A stretch of DNA of 63,004 bases, counting the filler, from Planctomycetota bacterium (GTDB lineage: Bacteria > Planctomycetota > Planctomycetia > JALXBF01), in NCBI GenBank assembly GCA_026991575.1. It is 2 parts of 2 records of this genome, joined end to end, with 100 filler letters (N's around TTAATTAATTAA, not from the genome) between each part and the next. Parts side by side here need not be neighbours in the genome. Positions count along the whole stretch, not along the records: positions 1 to 31,540 come from JALXBF010000001.1; 1 more part is not named here. One strand, 5' to 3'. Below are positions 11,011-21,060 of this stretch, piece by piece. Below the pieces are notes generated by a model that did no database searches, was not told the origin of the DNA, and worked only from the letters and a program-made list of their open reading frames with translations. Position 1 is the first letter of the stretch. Each line of letters opens with the position of its first letter. The position numbers and the translations under genes are program-made.

Positions 11011-12801
11011 TCAGGGCTGCAATTCCAGCTCCTGCCAGATGGAGACAAGCTTCTGACCGTCACGATCGCGTGCGGCACCGTCCCAGATGGCGAACGCTAC
11101 GGAGAGCTGCTCGCCGGGCTCGAGCGTCAGCGGATCGCCTTCGCTGCCCTGCAACGCACGCTTCAGCACCACTGTCCACTTGCCGTTCGACCAGCTCGCC
11201 GTGGCGTAAACGCCCTGGGCCACCTTCGGCACAAAGGTCAGCGAACCGAACCGTTCGGCCACAGCAGCCTCAGCGGCAACACCACGCTCTGGATCGGCAG
11301 CCAGGGCTCCGGCAGCCTGAGCCGTGACGAAGGTGGGATCCTGAACGGTGCGACCATCAACTTTCTTGGCGAACGGATAAATGTCCGCGTAGCCCAGCGG
11401 ATACAGCTTCTCGACGTCGACAAACCCTTTCATGTCCTCCTGCCAGCTGGCATGCCAGGCCCAGACCACGACCTGCTCTCCCTGCCAGCCCATTCCCAGG
11501 AACGGCTCCTCCTTACCCTTGAAAAACTGAATCGCCACCTTGTCATCGAACTCGTCCAGCCGACCGGCGGAACGGTTCGCGGTGGGATCGGTCCACTGCA
11601 GCCGAATCGCCAACGTCTTGCCGTCGTGAATCGCCTGGACATGCAGGTCCGGTTCGACGAAATCACGCCACCACAGCGGGCTAACGACCACGCGCACCGG
11701 CTTAGCCGCAGCCCAGAGGTCCTCGGGGATATCGCCGGCCAGATCGGCATCGACCCTGACCGCCACGATATGGTTGCGGCGATGCACGACGCGCTGCTCG
11801 ACCCCCTCGGGCACCAGCGACCGGACGTAATGCACGATAGCCCAGATCTCTTCGTCGGAGAGCTGCGGATAGGCCGGCATCGGGCTCCCGGGCATCCCGG
11901 CCCGCAGGCGGACGAAGAGCGTCGCTGGATCACCCGAGCCTTTGAAGTAGCCTTTCGTAAAGTCCCTGGGACGCGTGGGCGTGCCGTCCGTGTTGAACTG
12001 CTCCTGCACCCCGTCCCCCTTGCCCGTCTCGCCGTGGCAGGAAGCGCAGTTCTTCATGTACAGTTCCTTGCCCCGAGCGAGCGATTCGGGCGTCGGTTCG
12101 GGCACAGGCTCAGGCTTAGGAATCACCTCCCCCGGTTCTGTCCGGCGTTTGAGGTCTTCCTCCAGCGTTGCCTCGTCGATCTCTTCACCGGCTGCCTTGT
12201 ACTGCTCGATCAACTGTGCCCGGATAGCGTCCCGCACGATCTTCCGCACGTACGCGACCAGGGCTTTCTTGTCCTCGTCCGACAAGGCCGGGAACGGGAA
12301 CATTGCCGACCCCGGCATGCCCCGCTCCAGGACACCGAGCAGGTCTTCATCCGTGGGCACTGCGTTTTTCGTGCTCACCAGCCGGAACAGACCGGTGTGA
12401 AAGTTCCGCGGCTTGGGCCACACGTAATCGGCGGCCGGTCCGTTGCCATCCCCGGTTTCACCGTGGCATCCCGCGCAGTGACGCTGGAAGAGCTGCTCGC
12501 CCCGCGCCAGCAACTGCTCGTCGACAACGGGCGCGGCGGGTTGAGCCTGCTGGTCGGGAGCGGGCTGCTGAGGCTCAGCCTGAGCCCCCTGATCCGCCGG
12601 CGGCGTTTCGTGTTGCGGAGCAGCTTCGGATGGCGGGGCCTTCTCCGTCTCGGCCGGTTTGGCCGGCTGCTCGCTTTCGCCACCCCCGCAGCCGGCCAGC
12701 AAGAAGCAGCCCATGGCGATCACTACGGTGGTACCGACAAGGTGCAGCAGCCAGCGTGACGCGACGAGACGCTCGCGCACTCTCCGGTCGCCCTTGCTCA
12801 T
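11011..12801 (-). CDS. Diheme cytochrome c fused to ethylbenzene-dehydrogenase-gamma/DOMON-like heme b domain (candidate NXR gamma subunit), probable lipoprotein
   Basis: CAGCH and CASCH; LLAGC lipobox; C-terminal DKVAIQF, MG, AWHA and AFAIWDG motifs; start placed at MSKG after GGAAGGG. Confidence 0.8.
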   Translation of the reverse strand: MSKGDRRVRERLVASRWLLHLVGTTVVIAMGCFLLAGCGGGESEQPAKPAETEKAPPSEAAPQHETPPADQGAQAEPQQPAPDQQAQPAAPVVDEQLLARGEQLFQRHCAGCHGETGDGNGPAADYVWPKPRNFHTGLFRLVSTKNAVPTDEDLLGVLERGMPGSAMFPFPALSDEDKKALVAYVRKIVRDAIRAQLIEQYKAAGEEIDEATLEEDLKRRTEPGEVIPKPEPVPEPTPESLARGKELYMKNCASCHGETGKGDGVQEQFNTDGTPTRPRDFTKGYFKGSGDPATLFVRLRAGMPGSPMPAYPQLSDEEIWAIVHYVRSLVPEGVEQRVVHRRNHIVAVRVDADLAGDIPEDLWAAAKPVRVVVSPLWWRDFVEPDLHVQAIHDGKTLAIRLQWTDPTANRSAGRLDEFDDKVAIQFFKGKEEPFLGMGWQGEQVVVWAWHASWQEDMKGFVDVEKLYPLGYADIYPFAKKVDGRTVQDPTFVTAQAAGALAADPERGVAAEAAVAERFGSLTFVPKVAQGVYATASWSNGKWTVVLKRALQGSEGDPLTLEPGEQLSVAFAIWDGAARDRDGQKLVSIWQELELQP

Positions 12802-13128
12802 CGTTGTTCCCTTCCCGTCTGAAGCTTTGCGTGTTGCGCCGTTGGGGGATGCATCATCCATCGTCGGGCCCGTTGCCAACGCCAGCCGGTGGCCACTGGC
12901 CCACGCCGTCAAGTGACACGCAAAAAGTGCGCCGCGGGGTACACCTTTTCGCTTCCGGCCCCAAACGCCCGAGCCGACCGTGTCCTGACGGTCGGAGCGG
13001 GCGAGGCGGTGGTGCGGACTTTCTCAGAGTTGCGACCGGCAGCGCGCACCTTGTGCTCAACCGCGCGCTATGGCGTAGCCGGCACACTGGAAGACCGGCG
13101 GTTATAATCGGCTCGATAACCGTTAAGC

Positions 13129-14739
13129 ATGCCCAGCAGAGAACTCACACCCTTGGAGCCAGCACCCGCCATGATCCGATGCAGATATGCTTATGCATGG
13201 TTATTGGTCTGTTTGCAGTCCGCTGCCGTGCCCGGGCCGGCTCAAGAGGTCGAGGTGGCCCGACTGCCGGAGGCGGTTGCCGAGCTGATTGCTCAACCCC
13301 GGTACCGATCCGCTCACTGGGGAATCCTGGCGGTAGACCTGGAGACGGGCCGGCCACTTGCCCAGCTTAACCCCGAGAAGCTTTTCGGACCAGCATCCGT
13401 AACGAAGCTTTACAGTGTGGCGGCCGCCTGGCTAACGTTCGGGCCGGAGCATCGGTTCCGCACGGTGGTCTACAGTACGGGCACGATCGACGAAGACGGA
13501 ACGCTTGCCGGGAATCTGATCCTGTATCCCCAGGGGGACCTGACGTTGGGCGGTCGCACGCTACCGGATGGCTCCATCGCGTACACGAACTCGGATCACA
13601 TCTATGCCGGCGGGACGAGTCGCACGGAGCTGACCGACGTAGATCCGCTGCAGGGCCTGCGCCGGCTTGCGCAGCAGCTCAGGGAACGCGGGCTGAGGAG
13701 GCTGGATGGGGACGTGGTTGTCGACGATCGTTACTTCGCGCCTGCTGAGAGCACGGGCAGTGGGCCGCGGCAGGTGACTCCGGTGATGATCAACGACAAC
13801 CTGATCGATCTGATCATTGAACCGGGTCCGGTAGGCAAGCCGGCACGGGTGCGCTGGCGGCCTGAGCTGGCCGGGTTCGTGGTTGACAACCAGGTAGTCA
13901 CCTTGAGCGATCGTCGCGCGACCCGAGTGCGGCTCATTGTGGAAGGCCCGTACCGGGTGCGGCTGCTTGGGACGATTGCCGCTGGCCAGAAACCGATCGT
14001 GCACGTCTACGAGGTTCCGTCACCGAACGATTTTGCTCGGGCGCTGTTCATTCAGGTGCTGCGCGAAGCGGGCATCCGCGTACCGGCCTCGCCGCTGGCG
14101 CGGAATCGCCGTTCGCTGTTGCCCCCCGAGGCGACGCGCGATCGGCTTGAGCCTCTGGCGGAGCTTATCGGCCCACCGTTTGTTGAGGAGGCCAGGCTGA
14201 TCCTGAAAGTCAGTCACAACCTACATGCCAGCGCGCTGCCGCTGTTGCTAGCCGTCAGGCATGGGGCGCGGTCACTGACCGATGGACTCTTGCTTCAGGG
14301 TGAAGTGCTTCGGAAGCTGGGCGTCCCTGTGGATCAGATCAGTCTCGGTAGTGGCGCCGGCGGATCGCGTGCCGACTGCGTCACACCGGCCGCAACGGTT
14401 GCGCTCCTGGAGCGGATGTACCGTCGCGACGATTACGAACAGTTCAAGCGTTGTCTGCCTGTGCTGGGCGTTGACGGCACGCTGCACGATGTCATCGAGC
14501 CGGACCATCCGGCCGTGGGACACGTCTTCGCCAAGACAGGTACGTACTACGTCCGGGACGGGCTCAACGGCCGAAGCTTTCTGACGGCCAAAGCGTTGGC
14601 CGGCTACGTGGAGACGCGCACCGGTAGGACGGTGGCGTTTGCCGTGTTCGTGAATCGGGTGCGGCTGGCTGCGGTGGCCATCGACCAGGTATCGCGCGAT
14701 CTAGCCCGGATCGCGGCAGCATTCTATGAGATGTACTGA
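13129..14739 (+). CDS. dacB: D-alanyl-D-alanine carboxypeptidase/endopeptidase (PBP4, peptidase S13)
   Basis: PASVTK (SxxK), SHN and KTGT motifs; GVDGTL. Confidence 0.9.
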   Translation: MPSRELTPLEPAPAMIRCRYAYAWLLVCLQSAAVPGPAQEVEVARLPEAVAELIAQPRYRSAHWGILAVDLETGRPLAQLNPEKLFGPASVTKLYSVAAAWLTFGPEHRFRTVVYSTGTIDEDGTLAGNLILYPQGDLTLGGRTLPDGSIAYTNSDHIYAGGTSRTELTDVDPLQGLRRLAQQLRERGLRRLDGDVVVDDRYFAPAESTGSGPRQVTPVMINDNLIDLIIEPGPVGKPARVRWRPELAGFVVDNQVVTLSDRRATRVRLIVEGPYRVRLLGTIAAGQKPIVHVYEVPSPNDFARALFIQVLREAGIRVPASPLARNRRSLLPPEATRDRLEPLAELIGPPFVEEARLILKVSHNLHASALPLLLAVRHGARSLTDGLLLQGEVLRKLGVPVDQISLGSGAGGSRADCVTPAATVALLERMYRRDDYEQFKRCLPVLGVDGTLHDVIEPDHPAVGHVFAKTGTYYVRDGLNGRSFLTAKALAGYVETRTGRTVAFAVFVNRVRLAAVAIDQVSRDLARIAAAFYEMY

Positions 14740-14928
14740 GCTGGGCACGGCCCGTGGCACCGGCAGGACCGGCATGGGCGGTGCTGTCACACCGCGGCGA
14801 ACATGAGGGGAGAGCGGAGCAGCGGTCCACCGTAACGTACGCTTCAGCGGTGAGCTCTTTGTGCGCATCTGCAGGGGATGAAGGAATCGATGCGCACGGG
14901 TGGCGCAAGCGATCGGAGCGGTGGACCG

Positions 14929-15999
14929 ATGTCTACGAGTGACGTACTGGCTGACCTATCACCGGGAAAGCGGCGTGCGCTGGCGCTGCTGCTGTTGCTG
15001 CCGCGCGACAAGCAGCAAGAGGTGCTGAGCCGCTTGGAACAGCAGGATCGTGATGCCTGTCAGGATCTGCTCCGGCATGCCGCGCAGCTGAACGTGCCGG
15101 ACCTGATTGAGCTGGCTATCGATGAGCTAGATCGGCTCTTGCTGCGCAGGGATGGCACGCCGCAGGAGGCGGCCGAGCCGGCTAGCCAGCAGGTGCAGCG
15201 GCAGGCCGGAGGCGACGACGAGGTGCAGCCTCAGGACACACCGACCGACGGCAGTCAGGAAAGCACCGAGGAGGCCGAAGACTCTTCTGCAGCGGAAACG
15301 CGCGCGTCGCTTGGCGAGTTGCTCGAGGAGCTCAACAACATTGAGGCAGGGCGCCTGGCAGCCGTGCTCGGCAAGGAGCGCCCGAAACTGGTCTCGGCAG
15401 CACTGTACTACTTGCCCGAAGAGAAGGCAGCGCGGGTGCTGGCATTGTTACCTCCGGAGACGGCCAAGGAAGCGTTCGTCGGGTTGGCCGAGGCCTCCAA
15501 GCTACCGTCCAAGTTCGTGACTGCCGTGCTCATGCGCGTGCTGGCCGCGGTGCGCCAATCGGAAGAAACCGCAACGGTCCAGCCTACGGAAGGCCCGGGC
15601 GACGATCGACAGCGCCTGGTTGCACTGGCCCGGTCGCTGCCCTCAGAGAAGCGGACTCAGTTCCTGGCGACGTTGAAGGAAAAAGATCCGGAGCTGGCCG
15701 AGTACATCCGCAAGAACATCTACACGATCAATGATCTGTTGCGCATGGCGGACAGCTGCGTGCAGAAGATCCTCTCTGAGGTCGAACTTCGGACCGTCGC
15801 GCTGGCCATCAAGAATGCGCCGCCCGAGTTGAAGACCAAGATTGCTTCAAACCTCAGTAAGCGGGTGCGTGAGTCGCTGTTTGAGGAGATGGAGATGCTG
15901 GGCACGGTGCCGCCGTCCAAGGTGGCAGAGGCGCAACAGGAAATCCTCAACGTCGTCCTCCAGCTCGACGAAAAGGGTGAGCTGGTCATGGAAACGTAG
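14929..15999 (+). CDS. fliG: FliG-like flagellar motor switch protein (middle and C-terminal domains)
   Basis: ERP (EHP-like) motif; DPELAEYIRKNIYT; NLSKR...EEMEMLG...VAEAQQEI; start uncertain (14878 alternative). Confidence 0.75.
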   Translation: MSTSDVLADLSPGKRRALALLLLLPRDKQQEVLSRLEQQDRDACQDLLRHAAQLNVPDLIELAIDELDRLLLRRDGTPQEAAEPASQQVQRQAGGDDEVQPQDTPTDGSQESTEEAEDSSAAETRASLGELLEELNNIEAGRLAAVLGKERPKLVSAALYYLPEEKAARVLALLPPETAKEAFVGLAEASKLPSKFVTAVLMRVLAAVRQSEETATVQPTEGPGDDRQRLVALARSLPSEKRTQFLATLKEKDPELAEYIRKNIYTINDLLRMADSCVQKILSEVELRTVALAIKNAPPELKTKIASNLSKRVRESLFEEMEMLGTVPPSKVAEAQQEILNVVLQLDEKGELVMET

Positions 16000-16046
16000 G
16001 CTGGCCAAGCCAGCGCTGGCGCAGCCGTGTGGCCAGCGTAGCTTGG

Positions 16047-16151
16047 GGCAGGAATCGAGCCCAGCACCGGGCCGGCTCGGCGGCGAAATCCACAGTGCTC
16101 TTGTTGACTTTCGGCAGGAATCGAGCCTGGTACCGGGCCAGCCGGACGCCG
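16047..16151 (+). repeat. Two imperfect ~39-bp direct repeats 66 bp apart
   Basis: GGCAGGAATCGAGCC-N4-ACCGGGCC at 16047 and 16113. Confidence 0.7.
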
Positions 16152-16420
16152 CGTGTGACACTCGTTTTCCGTTTCGAGCCGGCGACACTTCGACACAGAC
16201 ACCCTACCCCGCAAAATCGCAGCAACCGCTGGACACGCGGTGGCCCCACCTCCGGCGGCGAGAACGCGTTTGCGTATCCGACCGTAGCTGCGTAGGATAG
16301 GGGTACGCACGTCAGGCCGCTGTCCAGAGGAAGGGAACAAGGGCAACACGCCATCGGCTGGCCCCGGACCCTGCACGTGCTTCCCGTTGGCTAAACCCTC
16401 GTTGGCCGGGCGCTCTAGGT

Positions 16421-16726
16421 ATGCTGAGAATCGAAGTAGTGCCAAGGGCCGGTCGGGACGCGTACGAACTGCTACGCGAGCACATCGCGCAGCGGGCGCT
16501 GACCTGGGTCTGGAAAGACACGGCTCAGCGGCTGCTACAACACATCCGTAAACCTGCCGGCCACATCTTGCTGACGCCGGAACCGGACCGGCTGATTGCC
16601 GAGGTGGTCAGCGACGCGCTGGAGGATCGTGTCTTTCTTGCCGAACGGTTCGTGGGCCGGCTGCTCGCCTGGCTCGCAACCGATCTGGAGTCGATCCACC
16701 TCCACCTCAACGTCCCACTCAAGTAG
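16421..16726 (+). CDS. Hypothetical protein
   Basis: 101-aa ORF with protein-like composition. Confidence 0.55.
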   Translation: MLRIEVVPRAGRDAYELLREHIAQRALTWVWKDTAQRLLQHIRKPAGHILLTPEPDRLIAEVVSDALEDRVFLAERFVGRLLAWLATDLESIHLHLNVPLK

Positions 16727-16881
16727 CTGTTCTATTGGTCAGTGATCTGCACGCCACCAGGCGCCAGCAGCCCATGCGACAGGCTGCCCGGAAAGAAACA
16801 AGGAGAGCGTCGGTGGCCGTATGCGCCGATCCGACGCTCTCCGACAGGCCTCAAAGGCCGGGCGCATGTGTTCTGGTTACG

Positions 16882-17769
16882 TCAGGAGCCAGCGGCACCC
16901 GCGCGCAGCCGGCCAGCGGCCACGTCCAGCTCCTCTGCGCGACAGGCAATCGTCTCGGCCTGGCGTAGCGTATCGGCCACTCCCTCAGCAATTGTGGCAA
17001 TGTTGTCCGCAATCTCGCGACTTCCCTGCACCGCTTCTGCCACGCTCTTGCTGATCTCCGCGGTCGACGCCTTCTGCTCTTCCACCGCGGCTGCGATCGT
17101 GTTGGACAACTCTGAAATCCGCTCAATGATCGATGCAATCCGTCGAATCCCTTCGATTGTCCGGTTCGACGCCTCCCGAATCAACTGAATCTTCCGACCG
17201 ATGCGCTCGGTCGCCTGAGCCGTCTCCTTAGCCAGCTCCTTCACCTCGTTGGCCACCACGGCGAAGCCCTTGCCGTACTCGCCTGCGCGTGCCGCCTCGA
17301 TGGTGGCGTTGAGCGCAAGCAGGTTGGTCTGCTGAGCCACTGCCGTGATCAGTCGGATCACTTCGCCGACTTCGTCGTTGGCGCCGCTGAGCTCATCGAC
17401 GGTGCCAAGGACCTGCTTGGACACATCCACCGCCTCATCCGAGACGCGCGCCGTTTCCGCAGCGGTGCTGGCAATCTCCTGGACCGTCGCGTTCATCTGC
17501 TCCAGCGCGGCCGCGACCGTTTCCATGTTGCGGGTCACCTGTTCGGCGCCCGCCGAGACGGCGCTGGCCTGCTCGCTGGTCTGGCGTGCCCGTGAGCTCA
17601 GCGACTCACCGATGCCCGCCAGCTCGGTCGCCGCAAGCGCGACACGGGCAATCTGGTTGGCCGAATCGTCATCAGAGCCAGGTAGTGCAGGGCCCTGATC
17701 GGGCAGCGCACTGCTGCCCGGATACGGAATTCGGGTCGCATCGGATTCTGCCAGGGGTGTCACAGCCAT
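16882..17769 (-). CDS. Soluble methyl-accepting chemotaxis protein (signalling domain only)
   Basis: [30 protein letters not shown]; no TM segment. Confidence 0.9.
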   Translation of the reverse strand: MAVTPLAESDATRIPYPGSSALPDQGPALPGSDDDSANQIARVALAATELAGIGESLSSRARQTSEQASAVSAGAEQVTRNMETVAAALEQMNATVQEIASTAAETARVSDEAVDVSKQVLGTVDELSGANDEVGEVIRLITAVAQQTNLLALNATIEAARAGEYGKGFAVVANEVKELAKETAQATERIGRKIQLIREASNRTIEGIRRIASIIERISELSNTIAAAVEEQKASTAEISKSVAEAVQGSREIADNIATIAEGVADTLRQAETIACRAEELDVAAGRLRAGAAGS

Positions 17770-18251
17770 ACACTTCCCTCCGGTTTTGTCCGCTGATCAC
17801 GGAGTCCATCGGCGCTGCCCCTCGGCACCGCCCCCAGCATCGGGCGCAGTGCACGGCGGGATCCGCGCGACCCACAGAGTCCTCGTTCCGGGCCGTGCGG
17901 TGCCCTGGGACAGACGCCTCGCTTGGCGCTAGCCAACGCGGCAGCGGGAGATGAGCGTACCGGAAAGGACGGACGGAAGGACACAGTCAACTTTCCAGCA
18001 GTCACCCACGCCACCGACACGCTCCGCTGTCACGGCTAGACAAGCCATACGACCCGACCAGCCCACCAACACGGGCACGGCCATGTCGTCATTGGCTGGC
18101 CTCACTGGTATCATACATCACAAGCCGAGCGCATGCAAATCACTTGTGTTCGATCCCCCCGCGATCCTCGTCCCGTACCCCGAACCGTTCGCGCGGTCTG
18201 CGAGTCGGCCCCAACCGCACGCCAGAGGCGGGCTCTCCGGGACTGCCCCTT

Positions 18252-19097
18252 TCATGAGCCGACCACCGCCGGCCTTCGGGAAACGGCCTTGGGCCGGTAG
18301 CAGCAGCTTCGGGGGATGCCGAGCGGCTCGAAGCTGTCGTCCAGATGCAGCGTCGTCTCGGCGCTGCCAAGGAACAGATACCCGTCCGGTCTGAGGACCG
18401 TGCGCATCCGGCTGAGAATCCGTTGCTTGGTGGGCGCGTCGAAGTAGATCAGCACGTTCCTCAGGAAGACGATGTCCATTGGGGGCAGCGGCGGCCATGG
18501 CCCCACGAGGTTCAGCACGCGGAACTCGACCATCTCCCGCACCCGGCGGTCCAGCCGCCAGCGGTTCCCTTCCTTGGAAAAGTACTTCACCAGCAGTGGA
18601 GCCGGCAGGCCACGGTTGACCTCCAGCTGGCTGTACAGTCCTTCACGGGCAACGGCCAGCGCGGCGGTGGAAATATCGGTGGCCAGAATCTTGAGGTTCC
18701 ACTGGAGCAGCTGGGGAAAGTGCTCGCGAATCAGCATCGCGATGCTGTAGGGTTCCTGGCCGGTGGATGCTGCTGCACACCAGATGTTCAGGCGCCTTTC
18801 GGCGGCCCGCTTCCGCAACAACTCGGGCAACACCACGGTCCGCAGCACCTCAAACGGCCGGGCATCACGGAAGAATAGCGTCTCATTGGTGGTCAGGGCC
18901 TCGACGATACGATCGGCGATCTCGCGGCAGCCAGCGTTCATCTTCCGCAAGAGATCGGCGACGGTCGTGACCCCGAACTCGCGTAGCACCGGCCGCAATC
19001 GGGTCTCGACCAGGTACCGCTTGTCGTCGCCGAGTGCGATGCCGGCGCGCTGGCGTACGAGTTGGCGGACAGCATTGAAGTCAGAGCCTGTTAGCAT
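18252..19097 (-). CDS. cheR: Chemotaxis methyltransferase
   Basis: TTNETLFFRD, WCAAASTGQEPYS, RNVLIYF. Confidence 0.95.
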   Translation of the reverse strand: MLTGSDFNAVRQLVRQRAGIALGDDKRYLVETRLRPVLREFGVTTVADLLRKMNAGCREIADRIVEALTTNETLFFRDARPFEVLRTVVLPELLRKRAAERRLNIWCAAASTGQEPYSIAMLIREHFPQLLQWNLKILATDISTAALAVAREGLYSQLEVNRGLPAPLLVKYFSKEGNRWRLDRRVREMVEFRVLNLVGPWPPLPPMDIVFLRNVLIYFDAPTKQRILSRMRTVLRPDGYLFLGSAETTLHLDDSFEPLGIPRSCCYRPKAVSRRPAVVGS

Positions 19098-19212
19098 TTG
19101 CTTCTCCTACCTGGAACGCTGCGTGCCATTGTCCAGTCTCGTCAAGGCGAGCTGACCATGGCCACGCCCAGTCCTCCTGGCAATACGTTCTCTATCACGA
19201 TTGCGACATGGT

Positions 19213-20319
19213 TTACGGCCTGGACCGGGCAAACCGGCAGGCTGCACCGGTAATCGACCTCCGGTGCTGAACCGTGCGGATGATCTGCCCAGCGATTTCG
19301 TTCAGTGGAAGCACGTAGTCGGCCAGGCCGGCGCGGGCCACGGCTCCGGGCATTCCCCAGACAACGCTGGTTGCTTCGTCCTGCGCGATCACCGTTCCGC
19401 CCGCCGCCTTGATCCGCTCACAGCCGCGCTGGCCGTCGTGCCCCATGCCGGTCAAGACAACCGCCAGGAGCTGACCGCCGTATACTTCCGCCGCCGATTC
19501 AAACAGCACGTCCGCGGCTGGGCGGCAGAAGTTCACGGGCGGTTCCTGGTTTAAGCGCACCACCGTGTCGGTCCGCTCGCGACGCACCACCATGTGGTAG
19601 TCTCCGGGGGCGATCCAGACCGTGCCCGGTCGGACGCTGTCCCCGTCACGGGCCTCCCGCACCTGCAGGGGCGAGCGGGCATCCAGACGCTCGGCAAGCA
19701 GTCGGGTGAACACCGGGGGCATATGCTGGACGATGAAAATCGGTACCGGGAAATCGCGCGGCAACCGCGGGATCACTTCTGCCAGCGCATTCGGGCCTCC
19801 GGTGGAAACGCCGATCACGACCGCTTCGATTGGGCCTCCGCTGAGCCGGCCGCGGCGCTCCGCGGACGGCAACCGCCGACGCAACGCGGGCTGAGCCGGG
19901 TGGCGGCGGCACAGTGCCTTGATCTTCGGGATCAACTCCGCGCGGATCCGCTGCCTCGCTTCGCCAAAGCTGCCCGTGTTCGACGGCTTGGTGACGTAGT
20001 CCGAGGCACCCAGGGCGAGTGCATCGAGGGTCACAGCGGCGCCGCGCTCGGTGAGTGTGCTGAACATGATCACCGGCACATGCCGACCGCGCTTGCGCAT
20101 CTCGCGCAGGGTAGCCAGTCCGTCCATGACCGGCATTTCCACGTCGAGCACGACGACGTCCGGCCGCACACTGTCCAGCTTGGCCAGGGCGACGTGCCCG
20201 TTCGCGGCCGTGGCGACCACTTCCAGCTCAGGATCCTCCTCCAGCATCACCGTAAGCATGCGCCGGATGACGACAGCGTCGTCAACGATCATTACCTTGA
20301 TCTTCGGGGTGGCAATCAC
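19213..20319 (-). CDS. cheB: Chemotaxis response regulator methylesterase
   Basis: REC domain plus GVSTGG, VQHM and GMGHDG. Confidence 0.95.
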   Translation of the reverse strand: MIATPKIKVMIVDDAVVIRRMLTVMLEEDPELEVVATAANGHVALAKLDSVRPDVVVLDVEMPVMDGLATLREMRKRGRHVPVIMFSTLTERGAAVTLDALALGASDYVTKPSNTGSFGEARQRIRAELIPKIKALCRRHPAQPALRRRLPSAERRGRLSGGPIEAVVIGVSTGGPNALAEVIPRLPRDFPVPIFIVQHMPPVFTRLLAERLDARSPLQVREARDGDSVRPGTVWIAPGDYHMVVRRERTDTVVRLNQEPPVNFCRPAADVLFESAAEVYGGQLLAVVLTGMGHDGQRGCERIKAAGGTVIAQDEATSVVWGMPGAVARAGLADYVLPLNEIAGQIIRTVQHRRSITGAACRFARSRP

Positions 20320-20690
20320 TGTTGCTCCTCCAGCACAAGGGCGAGCTTGCTTTGGATCACATCCTCGGTGTACGGTTTCATGACGTATTCGTCCGCGCCC
20401 GCTTCGAGCGCTTCGGCTACCGTTTCCGGCTTGTTATCGCTCGTGACCATGACGATCACTACGTCGCGTAGGCCGAGCTGTTGCCGGACCCGTCGCACCA
20501 GTTCCAGGCCGTCCATCCGGGGCATGTGCCGGTCGACAAACAGAAAGTCGGGCTCAGGCATGCACTCCAATAGTTCCAGAGCCACGTCACCGTCTTCTGC
20601 TTCAGCGACCTGAAAGCCCAGGCCGCGCAGGATCCGCGTCAAGTACGCCCGGGCAACCCGCGAGTCGTCAACAACCATTGCCACGCGCAT
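20316..20690 (-). CDS. cheY: Single-domain response regulator
   Basis: VVDD, D-x-x-MP, VTS and KP motifs; inside che cluster. Confidence 0.88.
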   Translation of the reverse strand: MRVAMVVDDSRVARAYLTRILRGLGFQVAEAEDGDVALELLECMPEPDFLFVDRHMPRMDGLELVRRVRQQLGLRDVVIVMVTSDNKPETVAEALEAGADEYVMKPYTEDVIQSKLALVLEEQQ

Positions 20691-21060
20691 CGGTTACCTC
20701 AACCGTTCGGTGTGCTGTTCATAGGCAGGTGCGCTGGCCGACGCGAGGCTCCGCTCCGCGTCCGGGTAGCGCACACGAAACATCCCCTTCCTCCACCCGG
20801 CAATCCTGCCTGCACCCTACCCCTGCTCCTCCTCCGACAGCCCGTACGGCCAATCGTCCCGCCTCCAGCAGCTTCAATTCCGTGACCAGCTTGCGGGCGC
20901 CGCTCGGCCCACGGGCCCTGCAGCTTCCTGCCCCAACGCGACCTTATCCTCTCCTTTCCCTGCTGCCGTTGGACGCCTGGCTCCCCTCGCATCCTGCGGC
21001 TGGCCGTTGAACCGGTAATCGGTCACCGTAAACTTCCGCCTGCGTGCCGCCGAGGCGGGC

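Noticed and set aside
5622..12759. Long + strand ORFs (5622-7499, 8461-9288, 10972-12759)
   Set aside because: Antisense shadows of the nxr genes caused by high-GC codon bias; no motifs. The same applies to 26770-28467 and 32742-34160 on the - strand.
4824..12801. Evidence that the host is an anammox bacterium
   Set aside because: No hzs/hdh genes or anammox-style cytochrome cluster in the window; an NXR-like operon alone is not diagnostic.
16047..16151. Mini CRISPR array (66-nt period)
   Set aside because: Only two imperfect copies, with no leader or cas genes.
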